This document shows positions 1 through 12,660 of a stretch of 46,293 nt of DNA, one piece after another. The DNA lies in the IMG/VR virus record IMGVR_UViG_2872164251_000001; one strand, given 5' to 3'. Source of the DNA: a virus (Duplodnaviria > Heunggongvirae > Uroviricota > Caudoviricetes). Under the pieces are notes generated by a model. The model saw only the letters and a program-made list of their open reading frames with translations, made no database searches and was not told the origin of the DNA. Positions within the stretch are counted from its first letter, which is position 1, and each line of letters starts with the position of its first letter. Position numbers and translations under genes: made by a program.

Positions 1-1039
1 TTACCTCGCATTTAAGTAAACCACGTTCTCCTCTTGTGCCGTATTTGTGCCATTGCGACTTATAATCGCATCGATTTTGCTTGCGTGCTCGGTGAGATGC
101 CCGGCTGAAAGGTGGGCGTATCTTTGAACCATTTCGAGAGTTTCCCATCCTCCCATCTCTTTAAGTGCAAGAAGAGAGACACCGGACTGAACCAGCCAGC
201 TTGCCCAGGTATGCCTCAGATCATGGAAGCGGAAGTTGCTAATGCCTGCCCGCTTTAACGCTCCCTTCCATGCCTTGTTGCTGTCGGTTCTCATCTTCCT
301 TACCGCTGCTGTTTTTGTTCCGTCGCTTCGGTAGGCAGGTTTGGTGTGGACAAATACCCATCTCTTATGGAGCCCCTGCTGTTTTCTTAATATCTGGCAT
401 GCGGTTTCGTTAAGAGGAACTCCGATCGCATTGCCAGCTTTTGTTTCATCAGGGTGCATCCATGCCATTTTCTTATCCAGATCGACCTGTGACCACTCAA
501 GGTCTGTAACGTTGGAACGGCGAAGGCCTGTCGTGATTGCAAACATGACCACAGGGAAGAAGTGAGGAGCAATTTCTGCAAACAGGCGCTTCGATTCCTC
601 CTCTGTAAGCCATCTGATGCGTCCATTCTTAACGCGTGGTGTTGATATTTTGGGTGCCCTGTCAAGCCATCCCCATTCAACAGCCATATTGAGAATGGCG
701 CGAAGTATTGCCAGATGCCTCGTCTTCGTTCCTTTGCTTGCAAGCTTTGGTTTATACTCCGGCACCGGATTGCCAAGTCGCAAACACCTGTCCCGGCTCA
801 TCTCCCAGTTCAGGCGATGGCGGCGGTTTTCCATCCCGTCTACCGCCTCCATTATTTTTTCTGTTGTTATGTCAGAGAGAATGGCTTCTCTGAAGTGCAA
901 CATCCAGAACGATATAATGCTCTTGTCATCATCAATGGACTTCTTATCCGATTTCTCACGCAGCCACCGTATGCAGGCTTCCTTGAATAGCTTTTTCGGT
1001 GATTCCCCGAGATTTTTTACTCTCCACGCTTTGAAGTGG

Positions 1040-2208
<1,169 letters not shown>

Positions 2209-2289
2209 TGGAGCACCTGTGTTGTTCTGAGGTGAGCATATCACCTCTGTTCAGGTGGCCAAATTCAGTGTGCCACTTCACTTCTGCTT

Positions 2290-2637
2290 TCAGACGATCG
2301 TGAAGTTCTTGCGCTTGCCTTTTGTCCGATGTTTCAAGAGAGCGTCTAACTCTTGATCCATCTGGCGCGACGAAATCGCAGTGCCACGTGCCACCGCGTA
2401 GTTTGATTGACATGCTTTAACCTCCTGCACATCAACCGCATTCACCGCGCTATTGTGTCTCACAGACTTAAGCGCCGCAATGCAGTCTGACTTGCAAATG
2501 CGATATGGGCTTTTAGGTTTATCTGGATTTATCTTTACGGCCTGAAGTCGTCCACTTCGTATCCACTGCGTGATAGTGCCTTTGTCTACCTTCAGATACG
2601 ACGCTGCCTCTTCACGAGTGAAGATTTCTTCTTCCAC
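2290..2637 (-). CDS. xis: Excisionase-like DNA-binding protein (AlpA/Xis-type HTH), GTG start
   Basis: MEEEIFTREEAASYLKVDKGTITQWIRSGRL HTH; directly upstream of and overlapping integrase start; GGAG 7 nt before GTG. Confidence 0.6.
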   Translation of the reverse strand: MEEEIFTREEAASYLKVDKGTITQWIRSGRLQAVKINPDKPKSPYRICKSDCIAALKSVRHNSAVNAVDVQEVKACQSNYAVARGTAISSRQMDQELDALLKHRTKGKRKNFTIV

Positions 2638-2727
2638 CTGGAATCTCCATTTATTGGATTGGTATTATTGCGGTAGGTCTGGATATCATTGAGCAATGAA
2701 CAGGCCTCATCGAGTATGAGGCTGTGG

Positions 2728-2975
2728 TTAGTCCTTGCGTAACTCGCTAATTCTTCTGTAAGTCTCTGGTGCTTTGTTTCCGTGTATCTTCATTTCAGAC
2801 TTCAACAGATCAACGAGGGAATCCCATTCGTTGAGGATGCCTTTGAATGCCGGAACGCGCTTTGCAACCTTGTCGAATGAATCTCTGATTTCTGGGATCT
2901 GCTCAACAAGTGCAACGCATCGTCTGAAATCGGCTGCGTCATGGGGAGCGCCGAAGTGATGACCATAGATATTCT
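2728..2975 (-). pseudogene. 3' fragment of an early-region gene, 5'-truncated at the IS629-like junction
   Basis: Frame open from IS boundary: ...NIYGHHFGAPHDAADFRRCVALVEQIPEIRDSFDKV...ELRKD stop; no start codon. Confidence 0.3.
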
Positions 2976-3017
2976 TGAACCGCCCCGGGTTTCCTGGAGA
3001 GTGTTTTATCTGTGAAC

Positions 3018-3908
3018 TCAGGCTGCCAGATCATCGTTTCCGATGGAAGCATAATAAGCTTTTTCTGCTTCTGCCGGAGGGATGTGGCCCAGCCTTTCCA
3101 GCAATCGTCGATTGTTATACCAGTCCACCCACGTTAGTGTGGCCAGTTCCACTTCTGCACGGTTTTTCCAGCTCTTACGGTGTATTACCTCCGCTTTGTA
3201 AAGACCATTGATGCTCTCCGCCATCGCGTTGTCATACGAGTCGCCTGTACTTCCTGTTGATGCCAGTAATCCGGCTTCCTTAAGCCGCTGTGTGTAGGCC
3301 AGCGATACATACTGAGAACCTTTATCACTGTGATGGACCGTGCCGGACGGTCGACGGGCCCATAACGCCTGCTCCAGTGCATCCAGCACGAATGTCGTTT
3401 CCATGGACGATGAGACCCGCCACCCCACGATGTATCCGGCAAACACATCAATGATGAACGCCACATAGACGAAGCCCCTCCATGTGCTGACGTAAGTAAA
3501 ATCAGCCACCCACAGCTGGTCAGGTCGTTCTGCCACGAACTGACGGTTTACGCGGTCGCCTGCGGCAACGGCTTTCCGGCTGATGGTCGTACGGACCTTT
3601 TTACCCCGGAGAACACCGGCAAGTCCCATAACCGCCATGAGACGTGCCACAGTGCATCTGGCCACTCTGATACCTTCCCGTAACAACTGACGCCAGACTT
3701 TACGCACACCGTATACCTTGTGATTTTCATCGTATACGCGCTGTATCTCTTTCTTCAGCCAGTCATCGCGCTGCGCACGGGCACTGCGTTTATCCGGATG
3801 ATGTCGCTGTTGCTGACAGTGGTAATACGTTGACGGGGCAATATGCAGTTCGCTGCATAGCGGTCCGACCCCGTACTGCTCACGCAGCTTATCCAGCAGT
3901 GGCATCAT
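3018..3908 (-). CDS. IS629-like OrfB transposase
   Basis: 296-aa IS3-family DDE transposase ORF overlapping OrfA. Confidence 0.8.
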   Translation of the reverse strand: MMPLLDKLREQYGVGPLCSELHIAPSTYYHCQQQRHHPDKRSARAQRDDWLKKEIQRVYDENHKVYGVRKVWRQLLREGIRVARCTVARLMAVMGLAGVLRGKKVRTTISRKAVAAGDRVNRQFVAERPDQLWVADFTYVSTWRGFVYVAFIIDVFAGYIVGWRVSSSMETTFVLDALEQALWARRPSGTVHHSDKGSQYVSLAYTQRLKEAGLLASTGSTGDSYDNAMAESINGLYKAEVIHRKSWKNRAEVELATLTWVDWYNNRRLLERLGHIPPAEAEKAYYASIGNDDLAA

Positions 3909-4171
3909 TTTTTCCAGAGGCGGTCGAACTCCGCCTTCGCAAAATAAGCGGAAGCCTGGCGAAGGATATCGTTACTGCGGCGCAGTTCACGATTTTCACG
4001 CTCCAGCTCTTTCAGACGCTGACGTTCAGCGGTGGTGAGCCCTCCATCACCGCCCCCGGTATCCCGCTCATGCTGGCGAACCCAGACACGCAGAGTCTCC
4101 GGCGTACTTTCCAGAACCATACGGACTGCCCGTTGACGGACTTCGGGGGAAAAACGAGTATTTTTAGTCAT
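3905..4171 (-). CDS. IS629-like OrfA (shortened)
   Basis: [37 protein letters not shown]... Confidence 0.75.
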   Translation of the reverse strand: MTKNTRFSPEVRQRAVRMVLESTPETLRVWVRQHERDTGGGDGGLTTAERQRLKELERENRELRRSNDILRQASAYFAKAEFDRLWKK

Positions 4172-4225
4172 CCTGTTTACCTCCTTCTCAGGAAGTTTAG
4201 TCTCCAGGATTCCCGGGGCGGTTCA

Positions 4226-4645
4226 TCGTGCGAGGAAATGACAATGCTTTTAATTCAACCTGGATTTGGCCTTAGCATCAAAAAAGGGCACATGTTTGGC
4301 GAGAAAGAGTCTCAACGAAAAATGGTGTCGATACAGTTGCCATTTATCAGTATTTATTGGCTAAACAGGGAGGCAACAAATTATTGGTATACCTGCGCCA
4401 GAGCAGCATTTAACGACCCTGACTGGTTTGTGAAAAACCACCACGCAGTTCGTCAGGCAAAGAGAAAGGCCAATACGACATACATGAAGGCGTATCGAAA
4501 AGCATGGAAAGAACACCGCGATCGATACCAACAAGACATGGAAAAGCTTGAATCAGAAAACATGGAATTAAGACGAAAGCTCGGTGAAGCAAAACGAGAC
4601 ATCGATGCTTACAAGCGACTTTTTAATGGTGAAAGCCATGCTTAG
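4226..4645 (+). pseudogene. 5'-truncated nin-region ORF reading out of the IS629-like junction
   Basis: Frame open across IS boundary; C-terminal ...MKAYRKAWKEHRDRYQQDMEKLESENMELRRKLGEAKRDIDAYKRLFNGESHA. Confidence 0.3.
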
Positions 4646-4814
4646 CCCATCCCAATCCCTTCAATACCAGAAAGAAAGCGTCGAGCGAGCTTTAACGTGC
4701 GCTAATTGCGGTCAGAAGCTGCATGTGCTGGAAGTTCACGTGTGTGAGCACTGCTGCGCAGAACTGATGAGCGATCCGAATAGCTCAATGTACGAGGAAG
4801 AAGACGATGAATGA
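4638..4814 (+). CDS. ninF: NinF-like small Cys-rich protein
   Basis: ESVERALTCANCGQKLHVLEVHVCEHCCAELMSDPNSS matches lambda NinF as I recall it; start overlaps upstream stop. Confidence 0.55.
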   Translation: MLSPSQSLQYQKESVERALTCANCGQKLHVLEVHVCEHCCAELMSDPNSSMYEEEDDE

Positions 4815-5529
4815 GTTAATAAATGGCAATGCCATCAAAATGACAAGCATTGAAATCGCTGAGTTGGTTGGTAAGCGTCATGACAATGTGAAACGTACCA
4901 TCGAAACGCTGGCTAAAAATGGTGTTATCCGGCTTCCTCAAATTGAGGATTGTGGAAGAATCAATGGGTTAGGCTTAAATCAAAGTTTTTGTGTGTATGT
5001 GTTCGAAGGCGAACAAGGAAAGCGAGACAGTATTGTCGTTGTAGCCCAGTTGTCGCCGGAATTCACCGCTCGCCTTGTTGACCGCTGGCGAGAGCTTGAA
5101 GAAGCTGCGGTTAATATCCCCAAAACGCTACCGGAAGCGTTGCGCCTTGCTGCTGATCTTGCTGAGCAGAAAATGCAACTGGAAAACCAGCTCGCAATTG
5201 CCGCACCTAAAGTTGAGTTTGCCGATCGCGTTGGCGAGGCCAGCGGAATTTTGATTGGAAACTTTGCAAAGGTTGTTGGAATTGGTCCAAACAAACTGTT
5301 TGCGTGGATGCGCGATCACAAAATCCTTATTGCTTCAGGTTCCCGGCGCAATGTGCCAATGCAGGAATATATGGATCGCGGCTATTTCACAGTGAAAGAA
5401 ACAGCGGTCAACACAAATCACGGAATACAGATATCGTTCACCACAAAAATCACCGGGCGTGGTCAACAGTGGCTGACCAGAAAGCTGCTCGATAATGGAA
5501 TGCTGAAAGTAACAGGGGAGGCTGCTTAA
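4807..5529 (+). CDS. Rha-family regulatory protein with C-terminal ANT/KilAC antirepressor domain
   Basis: MTSIEIAELVGKRHDNVKRTIETL Rha-like N-terminus; ADRVGEASGILIGNFAKVVGIG ANT-like C-terminus. Confidence 0.7.
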   Translation: MNELINGNAIKMTSIEIAELVGKRHDNVKRTIETLAKNGVIRLPQIEDCGRINGLGLNQSFCVYVFEGEQGKRDSIVVVAQLSPEFTARLVDRWRELEEAAVNIPKTLPEALRLAADLAEQKMQLENQLAIAAPKVEFADRVGEASGILIGNFAKVVGIGPNKLFAWMRDHKILIASGSRRNVPMQEYMDRGYFTVKETAVNTNHGIQISFTTKITGRGQQWLTRKLLDNGMLKVTGEAA

Positions 5530-5819
5530 TGGCTAATCTACGCAAAGAAGCACGCGGCAGAGAATGCCAGGTACGTATTTACGGCGTATGCAATGGTAAT
5601 CCTGAAACTACAGTTCTGGCACATTACCGGATGGCTGGAATTTGCGGAACGGGAATGAAGCCTGACGACCTGATCGGCGCATGGGCTTGTAGCGCGTGTC
5701 ACGATGAAATCGACCGACGCACCCATAATCTCGACAACAAAGACGCCAGACTTTACCACCTCGAAGGCGTGATCAGGACGCAGGCGATACTGCTGAAGGA
5801 GGGGAAGATTAAGTCATGA
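5529..5819 (+). CDS. DUF1364 (YbcO-like) putative nuclease
   Basis: ARGRECQVRIYGVCNGNPETTVLAHYR...ACSACHDEIDRRTH; position upstream of rusA. Confidence 0.7.
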   Translation: MANLRKEARGRECQVRIYGVCNGNPETTVLAHYRMAGICGTGMKPDDLIGAWACSACHDEIDRRTHNLDNKDARLYHLEGVIRTQAILLKEGKIKS

Positions 5820-6178
5820 GCGAATATCAGTTTGTGCTTCCATACCCGCCGTCGGTGAACACCTACTGGCGAAGACGGGGAAACCAATACTACATCAGCG
5901 ATAAAGGCCAGAAATACCGAAAAGAAGTTCAGCAAATAATCCTCCAACTCAAGTTAGACATTTTCACCAAATCACGACTCCGCATCAAAGTCATCGCAGA
6001 CGTTCCAGACTCCCGCCGCCGCGACCTCGATAACATCCTGAAAGGTTTACTCGACTCCCTTATCCACGCCGGATTTGCGGAAGACGACGAGCAATTCGAT
6101 GACATTCGCGTAATTCGTGGTGTGAAAGTACCAGGCGGAAGGCTTGGAATAAAAATCACCGAACTGGAGAACGTATGA
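5816..6178 (+). CDS. rusA: RusA Holliday-junction resolvase
   Basis: LPYPPSVNTYWRRRG...RRRDLDNILKGLLDSL...GGRLGIKITE. Confidence 0.85.
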   Translation: MSEYQFVLPYPPSVNTYWRRRGNQYYISDKGQKYRKEVQQIILQLKLDIFTKSRLRIKVIADVPDSRRRDLDNILKGLLDSLIHAGFAEDDEQFDDIRVIRGVKVPGGRLGIKITELENV

Positions 6179-6363
6179 ACGCCACAATTCAAACGATACC
6201 AGAGCTTCTTATCCAGACACGAGGCAATCAGACCGAAGTGGCGAGGATGCTTTCCTGCGCAAGAGGAACAGTGCTCAAGTACAACCGAGACAGCAAAGGC
6301 GAGCGTCACGTAATAGTTAACGGCGTCCTGATGGTCAAACAGGGCAAGAGGGGAAGACGATGA
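6175..6363 (+). CDS. ninH: NinH-like protein
   Basis: IPELLIQTRGNQTEVARMLSCARGTVLKY...IVNGVLMV resembles lambda NinH. Confidence 0.65.
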   Translation: MNATIQTIPELLIQTRGNQTEVARMLSCARGTVLKYNRDSKGERHVIVNGVLMVKQGKRGRR

Positions 6364-6983
6364 GACTCGAAAGCGTAGCTAAATTTCATTCGCCAAAAAG
6401 CCCGATGATGAGCGACTCACCACGGGCCACGGCTTCTGACTCTCTTTCCGGTACTGATGTGATGGCTGCTATGGGGATGGCGCAATCACAAGCCGGATTC
6501 GGAATGGCTGCATTCTGTGGTAAGCACGAACTCAGCCAGAACGACAAACAAAAGGCTATCAACTATCTGATGCAATTTGCACACAAGGTATCGGGGAAAT
6601 ACCGTGGCGTTGCAAAGCTTGAAGGAAATACTAAGGCAAAGGTACTGCAAGTGCTCGCAACATTCGCTTATGCGGATTATTGCCGTAGTGCCGCGACGCC
6701 GGGCGCAAGATGCAGAGATTGCCACGGTACAGGCCGTGCGGTTGATATTGCCAAAACAGAGCTGTGGGGGAGAGTTGTTGAGAAAGAGTGTGGAAGATGC
6801 AAAGGCGTCGGCTATTCAAGGATGCCAGCAAGCGCCGCATATCGCGCTGTAACGATGCTAATCCCCAACCTTACCCAACCCACATGGTCACGCACTGTTA
6901 AGCCGCTGTATGACGCTCTGGTGGTGCAATGCCACAAGGAAGAGTCAATCGCAGACAATATTTTGAATGCGGTCACACGTTAG
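6360..6983 (+). CDS. Q: Late antiterminator Q, lambda type
   Basis: 207 aa, MRLESVAKFHSPKSPMMSDSPRATASDS... with Cys4 zinc motif CRDCHGTG...CGRCKG; followed by lambda-like PR'. Confidence 0.85.
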   Translation: MRLESVAKFHSPKSPMMSDSPRATASDSLSGTDVMAAMGMAQSQAGFGMAAFCGKHELSQNDKQKAINYLMQFAHKVSGKYRGVAKLEGNTKAKVLQVLATFAYADYCRSAATPGARCRDCHGTGRAVDIAKTELWGRVVEKECGRCKGVGYSRMPASAAYRAVTMLIPNLTQPTWSRTVKPLYDALVVQCHKEESIADNILNAVTR

Positions 6984-7025
6984 CAGCATGATTGCCACGG
7001 ATGGCAACATATTAACGGCATGATA

Positions 7026-7054
7026 TTGACTTATTGAATAAAGTTGGGTAAATT
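7026..7054 (+). promoter_or_regulatory. PR' late promoter (-35 TTGACT, 17-bp spacer, -10 TAAATT) with qut region
   Basis: TTGACTtattgaataaagttgggTAAATT immediately downstream of Q. Confidence 0.6.
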
Positions 7055-7060
7055 TGACCC

Positions 7061-7253
7061 AACGATGGGTTAATTCGCTCGTTGTGGTAGTGAGATGAAA
7101 AGAGGCGGCGCTTACTACCGATTCCGCCTAGTTGGTCACTTCGACGTATCGTCTGGAACTCCAACCATCGCAGGCTGAGAGGTCTGCAAAATGCAATCCC
7201 GAAACAGTTCGCAGGTAATAGTTAGAGCCTGCATAACGGTTTCGGGATTTTTT
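7061..7253 (+). ncRNA. Short terminated late leader transcript (lambda 6S-RNA-like)
   Basis: From predicted PR' start to tR' hairpin; about 190 nt; ends inferred not measured. Confidence 0.5.
7196..7253 (+). terminator. tR' rho-independent terminator
   Basis: 10-bp arms ATCCCGAAAC / GTTTCGGGAT followed by TTTTTT. Confidence 0.6.
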
Positions 7254-7694
7254 ATATCTGCACAACAGGTAAGAGCATTGAGCCGATAATCGTGAAGAGT
7301 CGGCGAGCCTGGTTAGCCAGTGCTCTTTCCGTTGTGGTGAATGCACAGGCTGATGTGTAAGGGCAAGAATCTTTCGCTGGATTCGGTGTGGCCACGTAGC
7401 CAGCTGTAGGCAGTTGCAGCAAACCGGAGATCAGCACCGGTCGCCACAATCCAAACTGAGCCGTAGCCACTGACTATCCTGAATTCATCAGTGATAGTTA
7501 CGCTGCGGCCTTCTACACATGATCTTCGTGAAAGTGGGCGGCATGAGGTTGCGCTAACAACCTAATGCCGTTTTGCCCGTGCATATCGGTCACGAACAAA
7601 TCTGATTACTAAACACAGTAGCCTGGATTTGTTCTATCAGTAATCGACCTTATTCCTAATTAAATAGAGCAAATCCCCTTATTGGGGGTAAGAC

Positions 7695-8018
7695 ATGAAG
7701 ATGCCAGAAAAACATGACCTGTTAGCCGCCATTCTCGCGGCAAAGGAACAAGGCATCGGGGCAATCCTTGCGTTTGCAATGGCGTACCTTCGCGGCAGAT
7801 ATAATGGCGGTGCGTTTACAAAAACAGTAATCGACGCAACGATGTGCGCCATCATCGCCTGGTTCATTCGTGACCTTCTCGACTTCGCCGGACTAAGTAG
7901 CAATCTCGCTTATATAACGAGCGTGTTCATCGGCTACATCGGTACTGACTCGATTGGTTCGCTTATCAAACGCTTCGCTGCTAAAAAAGCCGGAGTAGAA
8001 GATGGTGGAAATCAATAA
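7695..8018 (+). CDS. S: Holin S, lambda type (dual-start MKM)
   Basis: [43 protein letters not shown]... Confidence 0.9.
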   Translation: MKMPEKHDLLAAILAAKEQGIGAILAFAMAYLRGRYNGGAFTKTVIDATMCAIIAWFIRDLLDFAGLSSNLAYITSVFIGYIGTDSIGSLIKRFAAKKAGVEDGGNQ

Positions 8019-8478
8019 TCAACGTAAGGCGTTCCTCGATATGCTGGCGTGGTCAGAGGGAACTGATAACGGACGTCAGAAAACCAGAAATCATGGTTAT
8101 GACGTCATTGTAGGCGGAGAGCTATTTACTGATTACTCCGATCATCCTCGCAAACTTGTCACACTAAACCCAAAACTAAAATCAACAGCCGCCGGACGTT
8201 ATCAGCTTCTTTCCCGTTGGTGGGATGCTTACCGTAAGCAGCTTGGCCTGAAAGACTTCTCTCCGAAAAGCCAGGACGCTGTGGCACTGCAACAGATTAA
8301 AGAACGTGGCGCTTTACCGATGATTGATCGCGGTGATATTCGTCAGGCAATTGACCGTTGCAGCAATATCTGGGCTTCACTTCCGGGCGCTGGTTATGGT
8401 CAGTTCGAGCATAAGGCTGACAGCCTGATTGCAAAATTCAAAGAAGCAGGCGGAACGGTCAGAGAGATTGATGTATGA
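8002..8478 (+). CDS. R: Endolysin R (lytic transglycosylase)
   Basis: [52 protein letters not shown]. Confidence 0.9.
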   Translation: MVEINNQRKAFLDMLAWSEGTDNGRQKTRNHGYDVIVGGELFTDYSDHPRKLVTLNPKLKSTAAGRYQLLSRWWDAYRKQLGLKDFSPKSQDAVALQQIKERGALPMIDRGDIRQAIDRCSNIWASLPGAGYGQFEHKADSLIAKFKEAGGTVREIDV

Positions 8479-8942
8479 GCAGAGTCACCGCGATTATCTC
8501 CGCTCTGGTTATCTGCATCATCGTCTGCCTGTCATGGGCGGTTAATCATTACCGTGATAACGCCATGACCTACAAAGAGCAGCGAGATAAAAAAGTCAGT
8601 GAGCTGAAGCAGGCGACCGCCACCATTACTGACATGCAGCAACGCCAGCGTGCTGCTGATGCACTCGATGCTAAATACACGAAGGAGTTAGCTGATGCGA
8701 AAGCTGAAAATGATGCTCTTCGGCGCAAGCTTGATAATGGTGGCAGGGTGCTCGTCAAAGGAAAATGCCCTGTGCCATCCTCAGCCGAAACCTCCAGCGC
8801 CTCCGGCATGGGCAATGATGCCACCGTCGAACTCTCTCCAGTTGCTGGACGAAACGTTCTCGGTATCCGGGACGGAATTATCCGCGACCAAACAGCACTG
8901 AGAACGCTTCAGGAATACATCAGGACGCAATGCCTTCGATGA
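8475..8942 (+). CDS. Rz: Rz i-spanin
   Basis: N-terminal [32 protein letters not shown] then coiled coil; central region differs from lambda Rz as I recall it. Confidence 0.8.
   Translation: MSRVTAIISALVICIIVCLSWAVNHYRDNAMTYKEQRDKKVSELKQATATITDMQQRQRAADALDAKYTKELADAKAENDALRRKLDNGGRVLVKGKCPVPSSAETSSASGMGNDATVELSPVAGRNVLGIRDGIIRDQTALRTLQEYIRTQCLR
8695..8901 (+). CDS. Rz1: Rz1 o-spanin lipoprotein embedded in Rz (+1 frame)
   Basis: [19 protein letters not shown] lipobox then Pro-rich segment. Confidence 0.7.
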   Translation: MRKLKMMLFGASLIMVAGCSSKENALCHPQPKPPAPPAWAMMPPSNSLQLLDETFSVSGTELSATKQH

Positions 8943-9116
8943 TAGCGATAATTTTACTCATCATCCTTCACATCTGGCTCTGTAGACAGGGGGGTGATCA
9001 CTTCTGGAGTAAATCCAGATTAAACATCTCATTGCTGATGCTTGATATTGAGCATCTGGCGCGCGGTAAGGGGCTGCGTTGAGATAAGAGCCAGTCATCA
9101 CAAACACCAGGATTTA

Positions 9117-9140
9117 GCCTCGCATTCGCGGGGCTTTTTT
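9117..9140 (+). terminator. Putative rho-independent terminator after lysis cassette
   Basis: CCTCGC att GCGGGG stem (one G-U pair) followed by CTTTTTT. Confidence 0.4.
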
Positions 9141-9287
9141 ATATCTGCAACAAACGCGCTTCACACGCGCGACTTATGAACACAGAGCCTTTCAGGATGA
9201 CCCTTGAGGATGCCGGTTTGGTAATCGGTGCCTTTCTGTGGGCCGGAATCCTGTGTGACAAGGTTCATCACTAAAAGGTAATCACTG

Positions 9288-9793
9288 ATGAAGTACCCAA
9301 CAGTTATTGTCAATGGTGTGTCCGTTCGTGTTGATGAGGATGGACGCTACAACTTAAACGATCTCCATGCAGCAGCAGTTGCAAATGGAGAGGCTACAGA
9401 GCAACAGCGCCCAAGCCAGTTTTTGCGTAGCGCGCAGATAAAACGCTTCATAAAAGCACTTTGGAACAAATTCAACCACTTAAAATAATCAAAGGTGGTG
9501 CAGAACCAGGTGTGTGGGGTGTTGAACTTCTGGCAATCAGATATGCAGCATGGATTAAGCCGGAATTTGAAATCGAAGTTTATGAAGTTTTCAAAACGGT
9601 TGTCCGTCTCGGCGTTGGCGCAATGTCCCGTCTGAATAGAATCGATCACATCATCAATACTGAAACCAAAGCGATAAGCCAGTGCGCAAGCCAAATGGCT
9701 AAGTGGGGCGTTGGTGGGCGAAAAAGATTGCTTCATGTTGCACGTGAGAGAGCGGCAAATGAAGTGCAAATGTATTTGCCCGGAATGGTGTGA
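9288..9793 (+). pseudogene. KilA-N domain gene, frameshifted near 9455-9465
   Basis: 9288-9488 (VIVNGVSVRVDEDGRYNLNDLH) and 9461-9793 (GVWGVELLAIRYAAWIKPEFEIEVYEVF) are consecutive parts of one KilA-N domain in different frames; paralog of 20981-21778. Confidence 0.6.
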
Positions 9794-10234
9794 TTTCGCA
9801 GGTTAATCCAGTTTTTGCATTACGGCAGTACCGCGAAACAACCCAAGCCAGTAAGTGGGGAAATAACACTGGCAGCCACTGAAAGATGAACCTCCAGCCT
9901 TATGGCAAAAAAGATTCTTTGTGGTGGCGGACTGATGGAAAGACATCGGTTATTGCAGAGGCCATTCAATGAGTGGTCTCGATAATGGCTTATACCCTAC
10001 ACGGGATAACTTAACTGATATCCCTTTTAACGGATAAACGGAGCCAACAATGGCAGAGATTATTCCCATGACTGAAGAACAGAAATTCCAGTTAGAGATT
10101 TACAAACTGGTTATGAACCAGAACGCAGCCGCAGAAGAAGCATTTCAGTTCATTGGCACTGATGAAGTGGCACACTGAATTTGGCCACCTGAACAGAGGT
10201 GATATGCTCACCTCAGAACAACACAGGTGCTCCA

Positions 10235-11403
<1,169 letters not shown>

Positions 11404-11411
11404 CCACTTCA

Positions 11412-11501
11412 TTTCTTGCCTCAAATGGCAGTACGTTAACTATTCAGTCAAATGGTGCGGCGTTTACTGCCACAACCATCAAGATAATCGCGGAGCAGTG
11501 A
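11412..11501 (+). pseudogene. 3' end of a gene truncated by IS911 (possibly a P22-type tail-needle gene)
   Basis: Frame open from IS junction: FLASNGSTLTIQSNGAAFTATTIKIIAEQ stop, stop overlaps next ATG. Confidence 0.2.
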
Positions 11502-11956
11502 TGATTCAGTTCAAACCAACGCGAAACATCGACCTGATCGAAGCAGTAGGAAATCACACTGACATTATCGCCGGGAGCAACAACGGCGATGGATACGACT
11601 ACAAGCCTGAATGCCGTTACTTTGAGGTTAACGTGCACGGGCAGTTCGGCGGAATTGTTTACTATCAGGAGATTCAGCCGCTAACCTTTGATTGCCACGC
11701 CATGTACCTGCCAGAGATTCGTGGATTCAGCAAGGAAATCGGGCTGGCGTTCTGGCGATACATTCTGACTAACACCACCGTTCAGTGCGTCACATCGTTC
11801 GCTGCGCGCAAATTCCGCCACGGTCAGATGTACTGCGCAATGATTGGCCTTAAGCGTGTAGGAACCATCAAGAAATACTTCAAAGGCGTGGATGACGTGA
11901 CGTTTTACAGCGCCACACGCGAAGAACTAATCGACTTCCTGAATCACGGGAGATAG
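11501..11956 (+). CDS. Hypothetical virion protein, P22 gp14-like by position
   Basis: 152-aa ORF with GGAG RBS, immediately upstream of the gp7-like gene; assignment by gene order only. Confidence 0.35.
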   Translation: MIQFKPTRNIDLIEAVGNHTDIIAGSNNGDGYDYKPECRYFEVNVHGQFGGIVYYQEIQPLTFDCHAMYLPEIRGFSKEIGLAFWRYILTNTTVQCVTSFAARKFRHGQMYCAMIGLKRVGTIKKYFKGVDDVTFYSATREELIDFLNHGR

Positions 11957-11958
11957 CC

Positions 11959-12651
11959 ATGTTATATGCATTTAAGCTGGGCAGAAAACTGCGCGGCGAG
12001 GAACCTTATTGCCCTGAAAAAGGCGGGAAAGGTGGCAGCTCTGATAAAAGCGCAAAGTATGCAGCAGAAGCTCAGAAGTATGCCGCAGACCTGCAAAATC
12101 AGCAGTGGCAGACGATCATGAAAAACCTTGCTCCGTTCACGCCTCTTGCGGAGCAGTATGTTAACCAGCTTCAGAACCTTTCCAGTTTAGAAGGTCAGGG
12201 GCAGGCACTTAATCAGTATTACAACTCTCAGCAGTATAAAGACCTTGCAGGTCAGGCTCGTTACCAGAGTCTTGCTGCTGCGGAGGCGACGGGTGGACTT
12301 GGTTCGACAGCCACAAGCAATCAACTGGCTACGATCGCGCCGACACTCGGTCAGTCTTGGTTATCAAACCAGATGAGCAATTACAACAATCTGGCAAACG
12401 TTGGGCTTGGTGCGCTGCAAGGTCAGGCAAACGCCGGGCAGACATACGCCAACAACATGAGCAGCATTGCACAGCAAAGCGCAGCTCTTGCCGCTGCTAA
12501 TGCCAACAAACCATCAAGTCTTCAGACAGCAATTAGTGGCGGAACGTCTGGTGCGATTGCCGGTGCAGGTCTTGCCAGCCTTTTGGGAACATCAACACCT
12601 TGGGGCGCTGGCATTGGTGCTGGTATCGGATTGCTTGGCTCGTTGTTTTAA
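11959..12651 (+). CDS. P22/Sf6 gp7-like ejection (injection) protein
   Basis: MLYAFKLGRKLRGEEPYCPEKGGKGGSSDKSAKYAAEAQKYAADLQNQQ..., Gln/Asn/Ala-rich, C-terminal glycine-zipper GAIAGAGLASLLG...GAGIGAGIGLLGSLF; recognised from memory of P22 gp7. Confidence 0.55.
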   Translation: MLYAFKLGRKLRGEEPYCPEKGGKGGSSDKSAKYAAEAQKYAADLQNQQWQTIMKNLAPFTPLAEQYVNQLQNLSSLEGQGQALNQYYNSQQYKDLAGQARYQSLAAAEATGGLGSTATSNQLATIAPTLGQSWLSNQMSNYNNLANVGLGALQGQANAGQTYANNMSSIAQQSAALAAANANKPSSLQTAISGGTSGAIAGAGLASLLGTSTPWGAGIGAGIGLLGSLF

Positions 12652-12660
12652 GGGGTAATC

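Larger units (their letters stand above)
2976..4225 (-). mobile_element. IS629/IS1203-like IS3-family element, 1250 bp, with apparent 60-bp in-frame deletion in orfA
   Basis: Ends TGAACCGCCCCGGG...; Orf[23 protein letters not shown] recognised but 88 aa instead of the ~108 aa I recall; flanks TCT / TCG not identical. Confidence 0.8.

Noticed and set aside
3830-4645. 271-aa plus-strand ORF
   Set aside because: Most of it is antisense to the IS629-like transposase genes; only the part outside the IS (4226-4645) is plausibly coding
7128-7470. Two minus-strand 72-aa ORFs between tR' and S
   Set aside because: They lie in the lambda-like late leader region, antisense to late transcription, without RBS; treated as non-coding
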